Notes under the pieces: generated by a model
What the model was told of the DNA's origin: nothing
What the model saw: only the letters and a program-made list of their open reading frames with translations
Databases searched by the model: none
NCBI GenBank assembly: GCA_943350065.1
Contig: CALQZZ010000001.1
Coordinates: forward strand, 1-35,205
Origin: Candidatus Nomurabacteria bacterium
GTDB lineage: Bacteria > Patescibacteriota > Minisyncoccia > Phycocordibacterales > UBA9973
Direction: 5' to 3'
DNA: 35,205 bases
Made by a program: the position numbers and the translations under genes
Part shown: positions 34,250 to 35,205 of the stretch, piece by piece
Numbering within the stretch: the stretch's first letter is position 1
How the letters are laid out: every line of letters begins with the position of its first letter

Positions 34250-35205
34250 ATGAAAAAACTTTTTCCAAAAATAATAATATCAGTAGTAATGATAGCTATT
34301 TTCTTGGCACCTATTGCACCAAGTTTTCAAAATAAAAATAAAATAGTTTCAGTTAAAATAGAGCGAAATCTTGCTCTTGCAATCAATCCACCGAAAGCTG
34401 ATGGCTGGTATTTTTTATCTACAAACATTCTTGGAGTTGCAAGTTACAGCTCAGCGTTTCCTGATGCTACTTCATGTCGAGACGCTGCTCCAAGTGGGGT
34501 AGGATGTATTCATGTAACAAATGGTGTTGTATCTGGTGGTGAATCTGATAATGACCCTAATGCAGAATTTCAATGTAACGGATGGCCTTCTACTTGGTTT
34601 AGAGGTTGTATTGCTGAGCTTGTATATTATATGATTTTCAAACCAGTTTCTTTTTTAGCTGGTCTAGCAGCAGGTATTTTAGATTTCTTCATTTATTACT
34701 CGACAAATAGTAGCTCTTACTCAGCAGGCTTTGTCAGCACAGGGTGGGCGACAGTGAGAGATATAGCTAATATATTTTTTATTGTAGCTCTTTTATATGT
34801 AGCAATTCAAACCATCTTAGGATTAGGTTCACAAGGAAAAAAAATGATTTCGACGATTATTATCGTCGCCCTTTTAATAAATTTTTCTTTATTTTTTACT
34901 CAAGTAGTCATTGATAGTTCCAATATTCTAGCTAAAGTATTTTATAATCAAATAAAACCCGTAGGTGCCAATGGTCAACCAGTAAATGCTAGTGATCAAA
35001 AATCAATTACCGTTGGAATAGTTGATTCTTTCAAACCACAACAATTAATGACGGACTCTCAAAATGAACCAGGTAGACAATTTATTATTATTATTTTAAT
35101 GATAATAATGTCTGTTATAATGATTTATATTTTTATTTCTATTGCATTACTCTTTGTCGCACGAGTCGCAGGACTTTGGGTTGCAATGATCTTTTCACCA
35201 ATTGC
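34250..35205 (+). CDS. Polytopic membrane protein, CPR VirB6/TrbL-like, truncated at the window edge
   Basis: Open frame from ATG 34250 to the window end containing GWATVRDIANIFFIVALLYVAIQTILG...IIVALLINFSLFFTQVVIDSSNILAKVF. Confidence 0.7.
   Translation, partial: MKKLFPKIIISVVMIAIFLAPIAPSFQNKNKIVSVKIERNLALAINPPKADGWYFLSTNILGVASYSSAFPDATSCRDAAPSGVGCIHVTNGVVSGGESDNDPNAEFQCNGWPSTWFRGCIAELVYYMIFKPVSFLAGLAAGILDFFIYYSTNSSSYSAGFVSTGWATVRDIANIFFIVALLYVAIQTILGLGSQGKKMISTIIIVALLINFSLFFTQVVIDSSNILAKVFYNQIKPVGANGQPVNASDQKSITVGIVDSFKPQQLMTDSQNEPGRQFIIIILMIIMSVIMIYIFISIALLFVARVAGLWVAMIFSPI

Noticed and set aside
1..35205. Genetic code 25 (TGA = Gly)
   Set aside because: All long conserved genes are intact under code 11 and use GGN for Gly. 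Only one suspicious TGA was found.

Overview
This is an AT-rich chromosomal window whose gene content fits a Patescibacteria (CPR, Parcubacteria-like) genome using genetic code 11; the taxonomy is inferred, not searched. The core genes are xth, a XerC/D-type recombinase, rpsO, a NYN/LabA protein, pnp, a DksA/TraR protein, a ComM/YifB ATPase, a LysM-M23 peptidase, a PcrA/UvrD helicase and rsmA. The window also holds two TrmB-type regulators, a RAYT/Y1 transposase between inverted 27-bp palindromes, a 1589-aa orphan protein with DHH-like motifs, and a secreted/surface-protein cluster ending in a VirB6-like membrane protein. The most unusual part is a 2.5-kb island (2.7-5.2 kb) with divergent promoters, where small ORFs alternate with about 300-nt structured non-coding segments and with repeated hairpins that keep their structure but change sequence. 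Other patterns are GC-rich palindromic mini-elements both between genes and in frame inside rsmA, comM and pcrA, and a -10 box 6-8 nt before the start codon of 11 genes, suggesting leaderless mRNAs. All RNA pairings and family calls were made by eye. No tRNA, rRNA or CRISPR array was seen.
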